NCBI RefSeq assembly: GCF_963921235.1
Contig: NC_086097.1
Span: 192,078,001 to 192,142,000 of the forward strand
Length of the DNA stretch: 64,000 bases
Source: Mobula hypostoma
Lineage: Eukaryota
Direction: 5' to 3'
Shown: piece after piece, positions 14,935 to 28,102 of the stretch
How the letters are laid out: every line of letters starts with the position of its first letter
Position numbering within the stretch: the first letter of the stretch is position 1
Notes under the pieces: model-generated
Database searches by the model: none
Seen by the model: the letters and a program-made list of their open reading frames with translations, nothing else
Told to the model about the DNA's origin: nothing
Made by a program: the position numbers and the translations under genes

Positions 14935-15975
14935 AAAGAAAAGAGCAGGAACAGAACCTTAGCCCATCATGTCAGTACCAAACCATGATACCAAATTATT
15001 CTAAGCACATATGCCTGCATATAGTCTGTATCTCTCTGGTTTCTGCTTGTACATTTGCTTGTCTAAATGCCTCTTAAGCATTGCTCTCATATCTGCTTCT
15101 ACCACCTCTCTCGGCAGCATGTTCTATGTACTTGCCTCTCTCTGTACAAAAAAAATCTCCTTTAAATTTTCTCCCTTTCACCTTAAACCTTTGCATTTTA
15201 GTGTTTGATATTTCCACCCTGACAAAAACATCTGACAATCTACCCTATTTAACACCTCTCATAATTTTATATACTTTGAGCCAGTTGCTTCTCAGACTCT
15301 GTTACTTCAGCAGAAACTATCTAAGTTTGTATTACCTCTCCATATAGCTAAAGCACTCCAATCCTGGCAACATACCAGTGAGCCTCTCCTCCGAGGCTTC
15401 CACATCTGCTCTCTGATGTCACAGCCAGTAATGCACTTAATCTCTGAATGTGACCATACTTAAGTCTTGCACAGCTGCAACCTGACTTCCTGGGTTTTAT
15501 TCTTAATATCTCAACCAATCAGGTCAAGCATGCCATATGCCTTTTTTGGGATATCAATAGAACATAGAACAGTAACACACCCTTCAGTCCATGTGATGCT
15601 GATGCTGAACTAATTAAACTAATAACTAAAAGACTAACTAAACTGATACTTCTGCCTGGGAAAAAGATATCAGCTGTCTACCCTATCTATGCCTCTCAGA
15701 TTCTTATAAACTTTTATAAGGTTCCCCCAGCCTCCACTACTCCAGAGAAAACAATTTTTTGTTCAACCACTTATTGTAGTCTGTGCCCTCTCATTCAGGC
15801 AGAATACTGGCAAACTTTTTCTGCACCTTCTCCAAAGCCACCAGAGTTGAAAGCAATGCTCCAAATGTAGCCTAACCAAGGTTTAATAAAGCTGTTAATA
15901 ACCACCTGACTCTTGAACTCAATGCCTTGACAAATAAAAGCAAGTATGCCACATGCCCTCATTACCACCTTATTA
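14935..15975 (-). mobile_element. Degenerate CR1-like LINE 3' fragments (two adjacent copies)
   Basis: Similar to other CR1 tails in the window; (atagaac)n tail at about 15557-15570. Confidence 0.55.
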
Positions 15976-16600
15976 ACTCATTTATTTATTTAAAGGTACA
16001 GGGAAGAACAGGCCATTCTGACCCAATGAGCCACACCTGCCAGCAACCCACCTGTTTAACCCCAGTCTAATCACAGGACAAATTACAATGACCAATTAAC
16101 CTACCAAATGGTAAAAGAGGAGGCCCACCATTGACCATGGAGGTTGAACTGAAGAGGAGTGGCTAGGAGGGCTTTTGGCTTCCAGTGTCTGAGAAGGGAG
16201 TGGCTGAGTTGGCTCGACTGGAAGCTGGCTGTGTTTTGCTTGATGTGTGAATGTGGTTTGGAACCTGTTGAGGGAAAGAGAGTGGGGAAGGAATGGAAAT
16301 TGCTGGGAGGGGGTCGTGTGGGTCTGGTAATGGTGGACAAGAGGCAGGGTTGAGGGAAAGAAAGTGGAGAGGGATAGAGACTTGGGACCAGAGGTAGGCA
16401 GCTGGGGAGAGGTGGATTATTGTGAAGGGAGAAATAAAGGGAATGAGGAGGTAGTGAGGGGTTGGATGAATAAAAACCAAGACAAAGGGAATAAAAGAAT
16501 AAGAAATGATAGTGGAGAAAGCTCTGAAAGTGAGGAAGATGAATAAGCTCAGAGAGGAGGTGTTGTCATAATTAGGTTTAATGAGAAGGCTCAGGGACAT

Positions 16601-17551
16601 ATGAAGAAAATTAACCTGTTTGTGCTAACAACAACTCTGACAAATAAGATAGGGGAAATAGTATTTGCAAAAGTCCTTAATGATGGCAACTTATTGGTAA
16701 GATGTGTGAATGAGGAACAACTTGAGAAAACACTCAAGCTAAAAGAGATAGGAAAATGCAAGGTGGAATACACTGGGAGGGTGGGAGCACAAAACAGTGG
16801 TTGTAAAGGAGTGATCACTGGGATACCAATGAGTATAAATATGGAGGAGATAAAGAGGAATATCAAAGGAGGGAAAGTAATGAATGTTCTAAGTCTGAAA
16901 ACAACAAAGGAGGGAGTGAAAAAGGAAAGTGAATCTGTAGTGATTGAATTTGAAGAAGAAAGAGTGCCAAGGAAGGTGTTCCTGGGTTTCATGAGTTACC
17001 CAGTAAGGGTGTATGTGCCAAAGCCATTGAGGTGCTATAATTGTCAAAGGTTTGGATACGTGGCTAAAAACTGTAAAAGGCAGAGAACATGTGCTAGATG
17101 TGGGGGTGATCATGAATATGGAAAGTGCGGAACAGGAGTTCAACCAAAATGCTGCAATTGTGGAGGAGCTCATAATATTGCATATAGTGGGTGTGAGGTT
17201 ATGAGACGGGAAACTAAAATTCAAGAAATAAGAGTGAAAAGAAAGATCACTTATGCAGAAGCTGTAAGAATGTCAAGAGAACAGAATAATGCTCCTAATG
17301 AACAGGGAGCAATAGGGATACGAGAGATGCAACAAAGAACAAATGACAGGATTTATGTAGACAAAAAGGCTCTAGTAACATTCACTGCAGGAGTGATTAA
17401 TAGTATGGCTGAGGTAAAGTCAAAAAGTGACAAAATTCAGCTGGTGGTAAAAGCAGCAGTAAACCATTTAGGGTTAGTAGGACTGACATGGGAGGAAGTG
17501 AGGGAGAACCTCAGTAATCAGTCAAGCCAGGAAGTGTCATGTGTTGGTTAA
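16601..17551 (+). CDS. LINE ORF1 gag-like nucleic-acid-binding protein (intact C-terminal part)
   Basis: 316-aa ORF with a PRE_C2HC-like region and three CCHC-type knuckles. The upstream part (from about 16330) is broken by stops. Confidence 0.8.
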   Translation: MKKINLFVLTTTLTNKIGEIVFAKVLNDGNLLVRCVNEEQLEKTLKLKEIGKCKVEYTGRVGAQNSGCKGVITGIPMSINMEEIKRNIKGGKVMNVLSLKTTKEGVKKESESVVIEFEEERVPRKVFLGFMSYPVRVYVPKPLRCYNCQRFGYVAKNCKRQRTCARCGGDHEYGKCGTGVQPKCCNCGGAHNIAYSGCEVMRRETKIQEIRVKRKITYAEAVRMSREQNNAPNEQGAIGIREMQQRTNDRIYVDKKALVTFTAGVINSMAEVKSKSDKIQLVVKAAVNHLGLVGLTWEEVRENLSNQSSQEVSCVG

Positions 17552-20365
17552 TACTAATTATGGTAATTCTTTTACAATGGAATGCAAGGAGCTTACTGGC
17601 CAATAGCCAGGAATTCAAGCACTTTATTAAAGAAATGGTTGTAAAACTGGATGTAGTGTGTATTCAGGAAACTTGGTTGAAACCAACTTTAGACTTTGTG
17701 GTATATGGGTATACAATGATAAGGAAAGATAGAAATCTAGGGGGAGGAGGGGGTTGTGCTATGTTAATCAAGCAAGGTATACCATATAGGGTACTGGAAA
17801 AAGGAGATGATCAGGAATACATAGTGGTGGAAGTGTGGGAGACAGGGAGGGAGTGGTTATAATTAACTACTACAATCCATGTAAAAGGTTGGATTTGGAC
17901 AGCCTATTAAAGATACAAGGACAAAACAGACATAAAGTAGTGTGGTGTGCAGATTTCAATGCTCATAGCACAATATGGGGGGATCAGATTACAGATCCAA
18001 ATGGAAAGGTAATTGAAGATTTGATGGAAGAAAGGGATTTGGTGTGTATGAATGATGGTAGTGGCACAAGGATAGATATAACAACAGGAACTGAGTCAGT
18101 GTTAGATATTACGTTAGTGTCTAATACCTTGGCTGGCATTAGTAACTGGGGAGTTTGGACTGCTTCAACAGTAGGCAGTGATCACTACCCAGTTTTGTGT
18201 TCAGTGGGTGAAAGAGTTGAAGTAAGACCAGGTGGCGGAACCCCAAAGTGGGTGTTTGAAAAAGCTGATTGGGGTAAGTTCCAGAAGTTGAGTGAAGAAG
18301 GGTTGACAAAGATTGATATTTCTGGAAATGTAGATGAATTAAACAGTCAGGTGACTTCAGCAATTATCATGGCAGCAGAAGGATCTATACCTTGGAGTAA
18401 AAATAGGATGAATAGAAAACTGGTACCATGGTGGACAGAGGAATGTTGTCAGGCTGTAAAAAAACAGAAATAGAGCATTCAGGCTAGTTAAAAGAACCCA
18501 TAATATGCAGCATTTGGTTCAATATAAGAAAGCACAGGCAGTGGTGAGAAGAACTATACGTCAAGCTAAAAGGGCAAGTTGGAGGAGTTTTTGCGACAAG
18601 GTAGGAAGAACCACACCTGTGGGAGAGATGTGGGGAATGATTAAGAGGATGGGAGGAGATAGAAGGGAATGGGAATATCCAGTAATGATATCTGAGGAGG
18701 AAACTGCAGTCTCCAGTAGGGATAAGGCTGAGATCATGGCCAAGTCATTTGTACTGATACACAGTTCAGAAAATTTGTCTGAAGAAGGGAGGAGAAGAAG
18801 AAGGGAAAGAATAATGAGCCAACACCCAGGTGTGTTAAGCGGGAGGGAAGGAACAGATGATATAATTGATGATCCATTTACATTAGCAGAAATGGTGAGA
18901 GCAATAAAGAGATTGAGACCAACCGCCCCAGGGAAAGATCTGATGTGCTCTGTGATGCTAAAAAATCTAGGAGAAGGAGCGCTCTTGAAGTTGCTGCATT
19001 TTTTATAACAGAGTGTGGGAGGAGGGAAGATTACCAAGTGCATGGAAAGAAGCAGTAGTAATTCCAATAAGGAAACCTGGCAAGGATCTGTCAAAACCCA
19101 CTAGCTACAGACCAATTGCATTAACATCAAGCATATGTAAGATAATGGAAAGGATGATAACAGAAAGGTTATCATATGAGCTTGAGAAAAGGGGAAATGC
19201 TGGCAAGTTATCAGAGTGGTTTTAGAAAGGGAAGGAATTCCATGGACTCAGTGATTATGTTAGAGACTGAAATAAGGAAGGCCCAGGCAAATAGAGAGTC
19301 AGTAGTGGCAGTGTTCTTTGACATTGAAAAAGCCTATGATATGATGTGGAAGGAAGGATTATTAATTAAACTGCACAAGATGGGGGTTGGTGGGAGAGTT
19401 TTTAATTGGATTAAAGATTTTTTGTTTGGTAGAAAAATTCAAGTTCGGATTGGATCAGAATTATCAAAACAGTACATAGTGGAAAATGGCACACCTCAGG
19501 GTAGTGTGATTAGCCCATTACTTTTCATCATTATGATCAATGATGTCTTCACAAAGGTACCAGTGGATATAGGTAGGTCACTGTTTGCGGATGATGGGGC
19601 CTTGTGGAAAAGAGGCAGGAACATGGACCATATAATCAGGAAACTACAAGAAGCAATTGATGAAGTGGTGGAGTGGGGTTATGATTGGGGATGTTGATTT
19701 TCAGTAGATAAAACTCAAACTGTATTTTTTTACCAGGGAAAGGGTTGAGGTAGGGAAGAAGTTAAGGATGTGTGGGGTTGAATTAGAAAGGGTTGCATCA
19801 TTTAAATTTCTGGGAGTTATATTTGATTCACAATTAACATGGGCAGACCATATCAGGAAAGTTGAGGAGAAATGTAAAAAAGTAATAAATGTGATGAGAT
19901 GTTTGACTGGTAGGGAATGGGGAGCAAGTTGTTCAGCTTTGAAGAGAATGTATGTGGCTTTAGTAAGATCTATATTGGATTATGGAAATATAGTATATGG
20001 ATCAGCAGCTAGGTCTCTTACAAGGAAACTGGATGTGATTCAGGCTCGGGCCTTGAGAGTGTGCAGTGGGGCTTTTAAGACGTCACCAGTGTCAGTCCTA
20101 CAGGTAGAAATGGGAATAATGCCTTTGGAACTAAGAAGGATGCAACTGATGGCAAACTACTGGGCTAACTTGCAGGGGCACAATAGTTCTCACCCTACTA
20201 AAGGAGTGTTGCAAGAGTGCTGGGAAAATGGGAGGTTTCAGAGGGATACCTTTAGTCGGGTAGGGAATGATATCGCGAAAGAATGTGGAGTATTTGATCT
20301 GAGGATAAGTCCTTCAGTAGTTTATCCGGTTATAGCTCCATGGAAGCTTGTATGGCCTGAAATAG

Positions 20366-21433
20366 CAACACACATCAAAGTTGCTGGTGAACGCAGCAGG
20401 CCAAGCAGCATCTGTAGGAAGAGGCGCAGTCGACGTTTCAGGCCGAGACCCTTCGTCAGGACTAACTGAAGGAAGAGTGAGTAAGGGATTTGAAAGCTGG
20501 AGGGGGAAGGGGAGATGCAAAATGATAGGAGAAGACAGGAGGGGGAGGGATAGAGCCGAGAGCTGGACAGGTGATAGGCAAAAGGGGATACGAGAGGATC
20601 ATGGGACAGGAGGTCCGGGAAGAAAGACGGTGGGGGGGGGTGACCCAGAGGATGGGCAAGAGGTATATTCAGAGGGACAGAGGGAGAAAAAGGAGAGTGA
20701 GAGAAAGAATGTGTGCATAAAAATGAGTAACAGATGGGGTACGAGGGGGAGGTGGGGCCTAGTGGAAGTTAGAGAAGTCAATGTTCATGCCATCAGGTTG
20801 GAGGCTACCCAGACGGAATATAAGGTGTTGTTCCTCCAACCTGAGTGTGGCTTCATCTTTACAGTAGAGGAGGCCGTGGATAGACATGTCAGAATGGGAA
20901 TGGGATGTGGAATTAAAATGTGTGGCCACTGGGAGATCCTGCTTTCTCTGGTGGACAGAGCGTAGATGTTCAGCAAAGCGGTCTCCCAGTCTGCGTCGGG
21001 TCTCACCAATATATAAAAGGCCACATCGGGAGCACCGGACGCAGTATATCACCCCAGTCGACTCACAGGTGAAGTGATGCCTCACCTGGAAGGACTGTTT
21101 GGGGCCCTGAATGGTGGTAAGGGAGGAAGTGTAAGGGCATGTGTAGCACTTGTTCTGCTTACACGGATAAGTGCCAGGAGGGAGATCAGTGGGGAGGGAT
21201 GGGGGGGACGAATGGACAAGGGAGTTGTGTAGGGAGCGATCCCTGCGGAATGCAGAGAGAGGGGGGGGAGGGAAAGATGTGCTTAGTGGTGGGATCCCGT
21301 TGGAGGTGGCGGAAGTTACGGAGAATAATATGTTGGACCCGGAGGCTGGTGGGGTGGTAGGTGAGGACCAGGGGAACCCTATTCCTAGTGGGGTGGTGGG
21401 AGGATGGAGTGAGAGCAGATGTACGTGAAATGG
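20366..21433 (-). mobile_element. Penelope-like element, single 5'-truncated copy inserted in the Nimb ORF2
   Basis: GIY-YIG domain HFTCESTGVIYCVRCSRCGLLYIGETRRRLGDRFAEH...GMNIDF. TSD ggcctgaaatag at 20354-20365 and 21434-21445. Confidence 0.92.
20428..20463 (-). ncRNA. Minimal hammerhead ribozyme, intact core
   Basis: Minus strand agtcctgacgaagggtctcggcctgaaacgtcgact. Confidence 0.85.
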
Positions 21434-22569
21434 GGCCTGAAATAGTCTGGCATTTGTTAGAGGTAAAAAGGAAAGAAAGATATAAAACAGATTTGGTAAA
21501 TGCCTTTAACTGTCATGTGATGGAAAAGTATAGTGATTATACTCACATTTATACGGATGGTGTGAAGGAACCTGAAACAGGAGTGACAGGGTTTGGGGTG
21601 GTAATACCAGCAAAAGAAATTGGAATCAGCAGAAGAACATCTAATAAGTTAGGGGTGTTTACAGTGGAGATGCTGGCAGTGTTGGTTGCGTTGCAATGGG
21701 TGCAGAAAGCCAGACAAGTCAAAGCATTGATATGTTCAGATTCATCCTCAGTTCCAGCAAGTTTAAAGTCTTCTCACACAAACAGTCGGCAAGATGTACT
21801 TTATGAAGTTCTTCAGTTAGTTACAAGAATTGCAAATCAGGGAGATCAGGTAAAATTTCTATGGGTTCCAGCACATGTAGGGGTGAAGGTGAATGAGAGG
21901 GTGGATGAGTTGGCAAAGAGGGCGTTAAAGAAAATGTGGAAATGAACATTAGTATCAGTAAAGCAGAGGTTAAGTGTGTAATCCGGGGAAAAAGTCAACC
22001 GAATGTGGCAAGAAAGATGGGACAGGGAGGGGAAAGGGAGGCATTTATATCAAATACAAAAGAGTGTTGCAGTTACTAGGGTAATGGAAACAGAAGAGAG
22101 GAAATTGTGTGGACTAGGTTAAGGCTGGGGCATTGTGCATTAAACAAAACATTGAAAATGATAGGGAAATACCAGACAGGATTGTGTGAGGAATGTCAGG
22201 AAGAGGAGTCAGTAGAACATGTAGTTTTGTGTTGCAGGAAGTATGGGATACAGAGAGAGATGATGAGAAATAAATTAACGGAGCTGGGGATGCAGGAATT
22301 CACATTAAAAGGGTTGCTGGGCATGGGTGAGAGAGCACAAGTCTGGGTATTTTTAGCGTTTTTAAGGGGTACATACATACATACATACATACGCGCGCGA
22401 TTGGGTGAAGGGATTTAGAATGTATGTCTAGTGCACATTCTGGAGCAGAAGATGGCGGTAATGCACCATTAAGCTGGATGCCAACCGCCGTAAAACAAGA
22501 TACAGACAGACCATGGAGGTTGCATCCGAGCTGCTAATATGAAGACAGTACACAAGCCAGGGTAAACCT

Positions 22570-22732
22570 CTACGTCTTTGGAACATGGAAGGAAACTGGA
22601 GCACCCAGAGGGAACACATGCATTCACGAGGAGGACATACAAACAACTTCTTACAGACAGTATTGGAATTAAACTCTGAACTCCAACACCCTGAACTGTA
22701 ATAGTGCACGTTAACTGATACCATGGTGCCCT
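22570..22732 (-). mobile_element. V-SINE-like element, 5' part (3' part at about 15980-16112)
   Basis: Minus strand gggtgctccagtttccttccatgttccaaagacgt (V-domain-like). It continues as ggtaggttaattggtcattgtaatt on the other side of the LINE. Confidence 0.6.
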
Positions 22733-24889
22733 GGCTTGTGCATCAATTTCAAAGAGTTATGGACTTGGATGCAATATCCCTCTGTATATTAATACTTCTT
22801 GAGTCTTGCTATTAACTGTGTACTTTCCCTTTACATTTGATCTCCCAAACAGCAACACCTCACACTTGCTCAGATTAAGCTTTCTACCCTATCTAATTTC
22901 AGGGAGTTATGGACTTGAACCTCAAGATCTAATTGATTGCACTTCAATGTTCCTAAGAGTCCTGGGATTTACAGTATACCTTCCTCTTACACTTGACCTC
23001 CCAATGTGCAAAACCTCACACCTTTTGAATTAAAATCCATCTGCTGTTTCTCTGCCCAAAATTTCAATTTACACTATATATTTACTTCTCTTTATGTAAG
23101 AAAATAAAGGAAGGTGAAATATGTAAGCAAGAACTTATTTGAAAATAATAATTTAATTTAATAGAAATTCCTTTTGGGACAATAGAAATCTCTTGATTAT
23201 TGTTATTCAAAGATGTTAATTGGATCAATTTTAGTGAACTTAGACAGGAGGTAGTGAATGGTCCCTGCACTTTTGACCCAAGGCCTGACTGAAATTGAAT
23301 CTGGGATTTATATAAATTAGACTATTAAACTACAGGCAGCCTGCCAGAAAAGTGAAATTCAGTTTTACACTGGATCTTCAATAGGCCCTGTGCTTAAGGT
23401 TTGGAAGCTGATCAGGGTAGACCCAGGAGGAGCTGTTCTATATCTTTGGCCTTCTCATTCAGGTGACTGATTTTACAGAGCTTGTTAATTCCTTCTAGCA
23501 ATCCCCATAAAATGGAAGCTAAGACTACATGTAAGCCAAATATGGCTGGTTGGAATTTCTGCCTGCTTTTCTGCCTGTCATCCTAGGCTCAAGGCATCTG
23601 TACTCTGGTAGGTGGTGGATATTGGCACAAATATTATGAAATTATTGCTTTATCTTGATGAATTTGCTTGTATCTAATTTTAATATAAATAAGTATATAA
23701 TGGTAGCATTTTTTCCACAGGCATTTGGTGTGATATTATTAACGTAAAAGATAATTAGTTTTATAAATTTCTTTTCAAGTCTCAATTAAGTTATTGAACA
23801 AAGACTGATAAACTGTATAACCTATTTCTCCATGATAAATTCTGTTTAAGTATTACTGTTGAACAATAATTTCACTTTGTACTGATGCTTAGGACGTGTG
23901 GTGTAAATCAGGAGTTAAAGCCCCAGATTCTATATTTATACTTTGACTGAAATATCATTGTGCTGTAAATTCATTTGTATTAGTGCTCCTATTATAAATA
24001 CACCATTAACTTCTTAAACGTAAGTAATCACAGACTAAGCTTCAAATTAATTTAAGATACAGTATCCATTTTTTTCCTGTCAGTGACAGGAAGAAACCTA
24101 CAAAATCTTTATATAATATGTTCTACGTTAAATAATTGTGACCAACTTTTAATCCAGAAAGAATAGCCGATAATTTTCTTGAGTTTCTTCCATTTCCATA
24201 TCATAATTTTTCTGGAGCAACACACTTTAGCAACTGGAGTCTTTTGTGTCTTCATATTATTTCTGGAAATGCACTGAAATCCTGGAATCCCTGACTTAAT
24301 AATAATGAGGCTTTGTTGGAAAAGGTGTAACTCTGCTAAAATCCACATGATTCCACAGAGTAAGTTTACTGAAAGTGTTCGGTATTCCATGTGCAGCTCT
24401 GCCTGAAGAGCAGTATTGCAAATTTACTGGATTTGTGGTGGATATTGATAATAACTAAGTCAAGTTTGTTTTCATGAAAGCCCGAACCACTTCTAGAAGG
24501 GAGCAAGAATTCCCATGCCAGTAACCTTTTCAAGAGTTGCTGGGAAATATTTAATTAGGTGCCTCAGTGTTTGGTTAAAAGTTTTGAATTTAAAAGGGTG
24601 AAAGAAAAACAAGTATTTTAATGCCTATTTAATTTATGATTGGGCATTTTACCAACTTATTGGTAATCTAATGATTAAAGGTAGATATTGCATTAATTCG
24701 TGTAACTAATTGTTTGACTTAATCTGGTGTTTCCAACTAGCAATCTGGATGAAATTCAGTCAAAAATCCAGTCTGATATTTTAATGGATTTCAATGAATC
24801 ACTATCCAGATTACATGGGAATTTGATTCAAATAAGGCACTAGGAACATAATAATAGCTGTAACTCGCTAGAGGTTTTTGTAGACCTAG

Positions 24890-25690
24890 GTGACTTCTTC
24901 CAGTTCATCCGTGAAATGGCTTATTCTTCTTCTTTCATACCTTTCTTTTCTTTTCAAGATGGTTGGGGTCCTGTTGAAGTCCGTGATCTACAGCTGCAAC
25001 TCAAACCACGGTTCTCCACAAGCAGAGGGTTCTCAGACTGGCCATGCGGCCTGGTGTTTCGATATCTCCAGGAGTGACTTGGTAGACATGCGCCTTTGGG
25101 GTGTAGCCCTGCAGACGACCTGGTTCCTTTCCAATGTCGCTGACTGGAGCCTTGTGTGAGACTGAAATATCGAAAGGGCAGGCAGTTTATGCTGCTGTCA
25201 GAAGGAGGCCCTTTCTCTCTCTTTTTGACGGTGCCCTGAGAGTCTGTCAGTCCTCGATTCGGGGGACTGGGAGAGGAGATGCTGAAGATTATAACATTAG
25301 AACAGCGAGTTGCTGGTCTCAGGTCTCATAATTGCAGGAGCAATCTCTCTCTCTCCCTCACAAGTGAGAGGGAGCCTGTCTGAGATACCGAAGTGTTGGG
25401 TTATGGACAGTGTTTTTTGATGGACTCTAGACCAGGGTCTCTTTGGTGGCTTATGCTATTGCTTGCATGGTAGGGGAAGGGGGTTCAGTGCTTTTGCTGG
25501 CGCAAGTGGGGCTAGGGTTGATGTTTCTCCTGCTTGTGTGTGGGAATGGAGAGGAGGGCTTTGGGGTTCTGATGTTTCCGTCATTCATTCTTTGGTTTTT
25601 TTTATTTCATGGATGTCTGTGAAGAGAAAGAATTTCAGATTGCATGCTGTATACATTCTCTGATGTTAAATTGAAGCATTTGAACAATTT
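24890..25690 (+). repeat. Non-coding interspersed repeat with a 3' tail shared with the 41310-42140 copy
   Basis: 3' end gaatttcagattgcatgctgtatacattctctgatgttaaattg matches the reverse complement of 41310-41360. Confidence 0.5.
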
Positions 25691-26294
25691 GACTTCAATT
25701 TTATTCCCTTCCTTAATCTAATTCATCAAGGCATTCCTCATTCTAGCATTGCTAATATCATCTCCATTATAGTTAATCTAATTTGGTCAGCTTTTATTAA
25801 TTTTCCTTTGTTTGAGAAGACAATAAAGCAGTTAGAAAACCCCAATCCTCATCTTTTATACTGAGACATTTAAAGTATTAATAATTTAAGAAATGAAATG
25901 ATTTGAAGATAGAAAATTATTTAAAAGCCCTTAATATATAAAATGTGAACTATAGTGGAATGGTTGAAGCTGCAAAAAGCTTATTTCCTCCTTTGTTCTT
26001 TCCAGCGCCTGTAAATGCGTTGGCAAATGTACAGAGAATGGGGCTTTCTTAATTGGACCACATTAAGCCAGGGTTCCATTGTCTTGAGTTATGACGCATC
26101 GCATCTTATGAAATAGATAAAAGGAAGACTGAGTAAAATCAAAGGCTGGCTATTTCGCTGATGAAATAAAGATTCATTATTTTATTTGTCACATATACAG
26201 TGCATCAAAACATAGTGAAATATGTATTTGCGTTAACAACCAACATACCTGAGTGAGGATGTGCTGGGGGCAGCCTGTAAGTAATGTCATATGT

Positions 26295-27430
26295 AAGAAA
26301 ATTAGATATAGGAGCAGAATTAGTCCAACTGGCCCATCGAGTCTGCTCCACTATTTCATCATGGCTGATCCATTTTTCCTCATATCCCTTCGTGCCCTGA
26401 CCAATCAAGAATCTATCAACCTCTACCTTAAATCTGCATAAAGACTTGGCCTCCACAACTGCCTGTGGCAAAGAATTCCACAGATTCATCACCCTCTGGC
26501 TAAAGAAATTCCTCCTCATCTCTGTTCTGAAAGGATGCTGCTCTATTTTTAAGCAGTGACCACTGGTCTTAGACTCTCCCACCATCCTTTCCACACTCAG
26601 TCCAGCAAGGCCTTTCACAATTTGATAAGTTTCAATGAGGTCACCCCTTATTCTTATGAGCTCCAATGAATACAGGCCCAGAGCCATTAAATCCTCTTCA
26701 TATGACAAGCCTTTTAATCCTGGAATCATATTTGTGAACCTCCTTTGAACCCTCTCCAATTTCAGCACATCCTTTCTAAGATAAAGGGCCCAAAGCTGCA
26801 CACAATACTCCAAGTGAGGCTTGAGCTGTGCTTTATAAAGTCTCAACATTACATCCTTGCTTTTATATTCTAGTCCTCTTGAAATGAGTGCTAACATTGC
26901 ATTTGCCTTTCTCACCACCGACTCAACCTACAGCTGAACCTTCAGGAAAACCTGCACAAGGACTCCCAAATCCTTTTGCACCTCAGGTTTTTGTATTTCC
27001 TCTCCATCTAGAAAATAGCCAACCCTTTCATTACTTCTACCAAAGTTCATGACCAAATACTTCCTGACACGGTATTCCATCAGCCACTTCTTTGCCCATT
27101 CTCCTAATCTATCTAAGTCGTTCGGTAGCCACCTTATTTCCTCAAACTACCTGCCCCTCCACCTGTCTTTGTATCATCTGCAAACTTTGCGACAAAGCCA
27201 TCAATTCTATCATCCGAGATAACATAAAAATAATCATTCCCAACACAGACCCCTGTGGAACACCATTAGTCACCGGTAGCCAGCCAGAAAAGGCTCCTTT
27301 ACCCCAACTCTTTGCCTCCTGCCAATCAGCCACACTTTATCCATGCTAGAATCTTTCCTGTAATACCTTGTTAAGCAGCCTAATGGGTGGCACCTTGTCA
27401 AAGGCTTTCTGAAAATTGAAGCACACAACA
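26295..27430 (-). mobile_element. CR1-like LINE 3' fragment
   Basis: RT C-terminus LYKAQLKPHLEYCVQLW...LERVQRRFTNMIPGL...RGDLIETY, and GVPQGSVLG. Confidence 0.88.
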
Positions 27431-27779
27431 ACAACATTCTGGTACCAACATCAGTGGTATCAGAGATGCTGCATTAGGACTGATCTGCCACAGATTTGAA
27501 TAACTGTCTCTCAGTGGACTTCTACTGCTTAACTCCACATGGTGCTATTTATGATGGTAACTTTGAAAAGTTAAATCTGGTACTTAAAATGTACTAGAAA
27601 ATCTTAAAATGTCCTTTTGTAATGTAAGGACTACAAAAAAAAACAGGATATGGAAATGATCAGATTGTGCTAATAACTACACGTTTGTATATGGTAGAAC
27701 CATTAACACATATTTTGGAAAATTAGCATGTGAATATAAGAATTAGGAGTAGGCCTCATCTGCTGTGGTATCCCATAAA

Positions 27780-28102
27780 ATCAGAGTAAAGGCATCTGTT
27801 AGTCTTGTGAGATCATGGATCTGCGCCTGGGAAAGTCTTCACTCTCCAGGGCGCAGGCTTGGGCAAGGTTGTATGGAAGACCAGCAGTTGCCCACGCTGC
27901 AAGTCTCCCCTCTCCACGACACCAATGTTGTCCAAGGGAAGGATATTAGGACTCATACAGCTTGGCACCAGTGTCGTCACAGAGCAGTGTGTGATTAAGT
28001 GCCTTGCTCGAGGACACAACACATTGCCTTAGCTGGGGCTCAAACTCACGACCTTCAGGTCGCTAGTCCAATTCCTTAACCACTTGGCCATGTGCCCACA
28101 CT
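27780..28102 (-). mobile_element. tRNA-derived SINE with CORE-like domain
   Basis: A box tggccaagtgg and B box gagtttgagccc, followed by tgtgtcctcgagcaaggcacttaa (MIR/CORE-like). Confidence 0.7.

Larger units (their letters stand above)
17560..22418 (+). pseudogene. LINE ORF2 (endonuclease-reverse transcriptase-RNase H), frameshifted and interrupted
   Basis: Consecutive ORF fragments in shifting frames. Interrupted by the PLE insertion at 20366-21433. Confidence 0.88.
16147..22508 (+). mobile_element. Nimb/I-clade LINE, near full length (ORF1 zinc knuckles; ORF2 APE-RT-RNase H-CCHC), degenerate
   Basis: ORF1 CYNCQRFGYVAKNC/CARCGGDH/CCNCGGAH; APE ILLQWNARSL, CIQETWL, GSDHYP; RT GTPQGSVISPLLF, LFADD; RNase H IYTDG, WVPAHVGVKVNERVD; RLRLGH..CEECQEEESVEHVVLCC. 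14-bp TSD gaccatggaggttg at 16133-16146 and 22509-22522. Confidence 0.93.
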
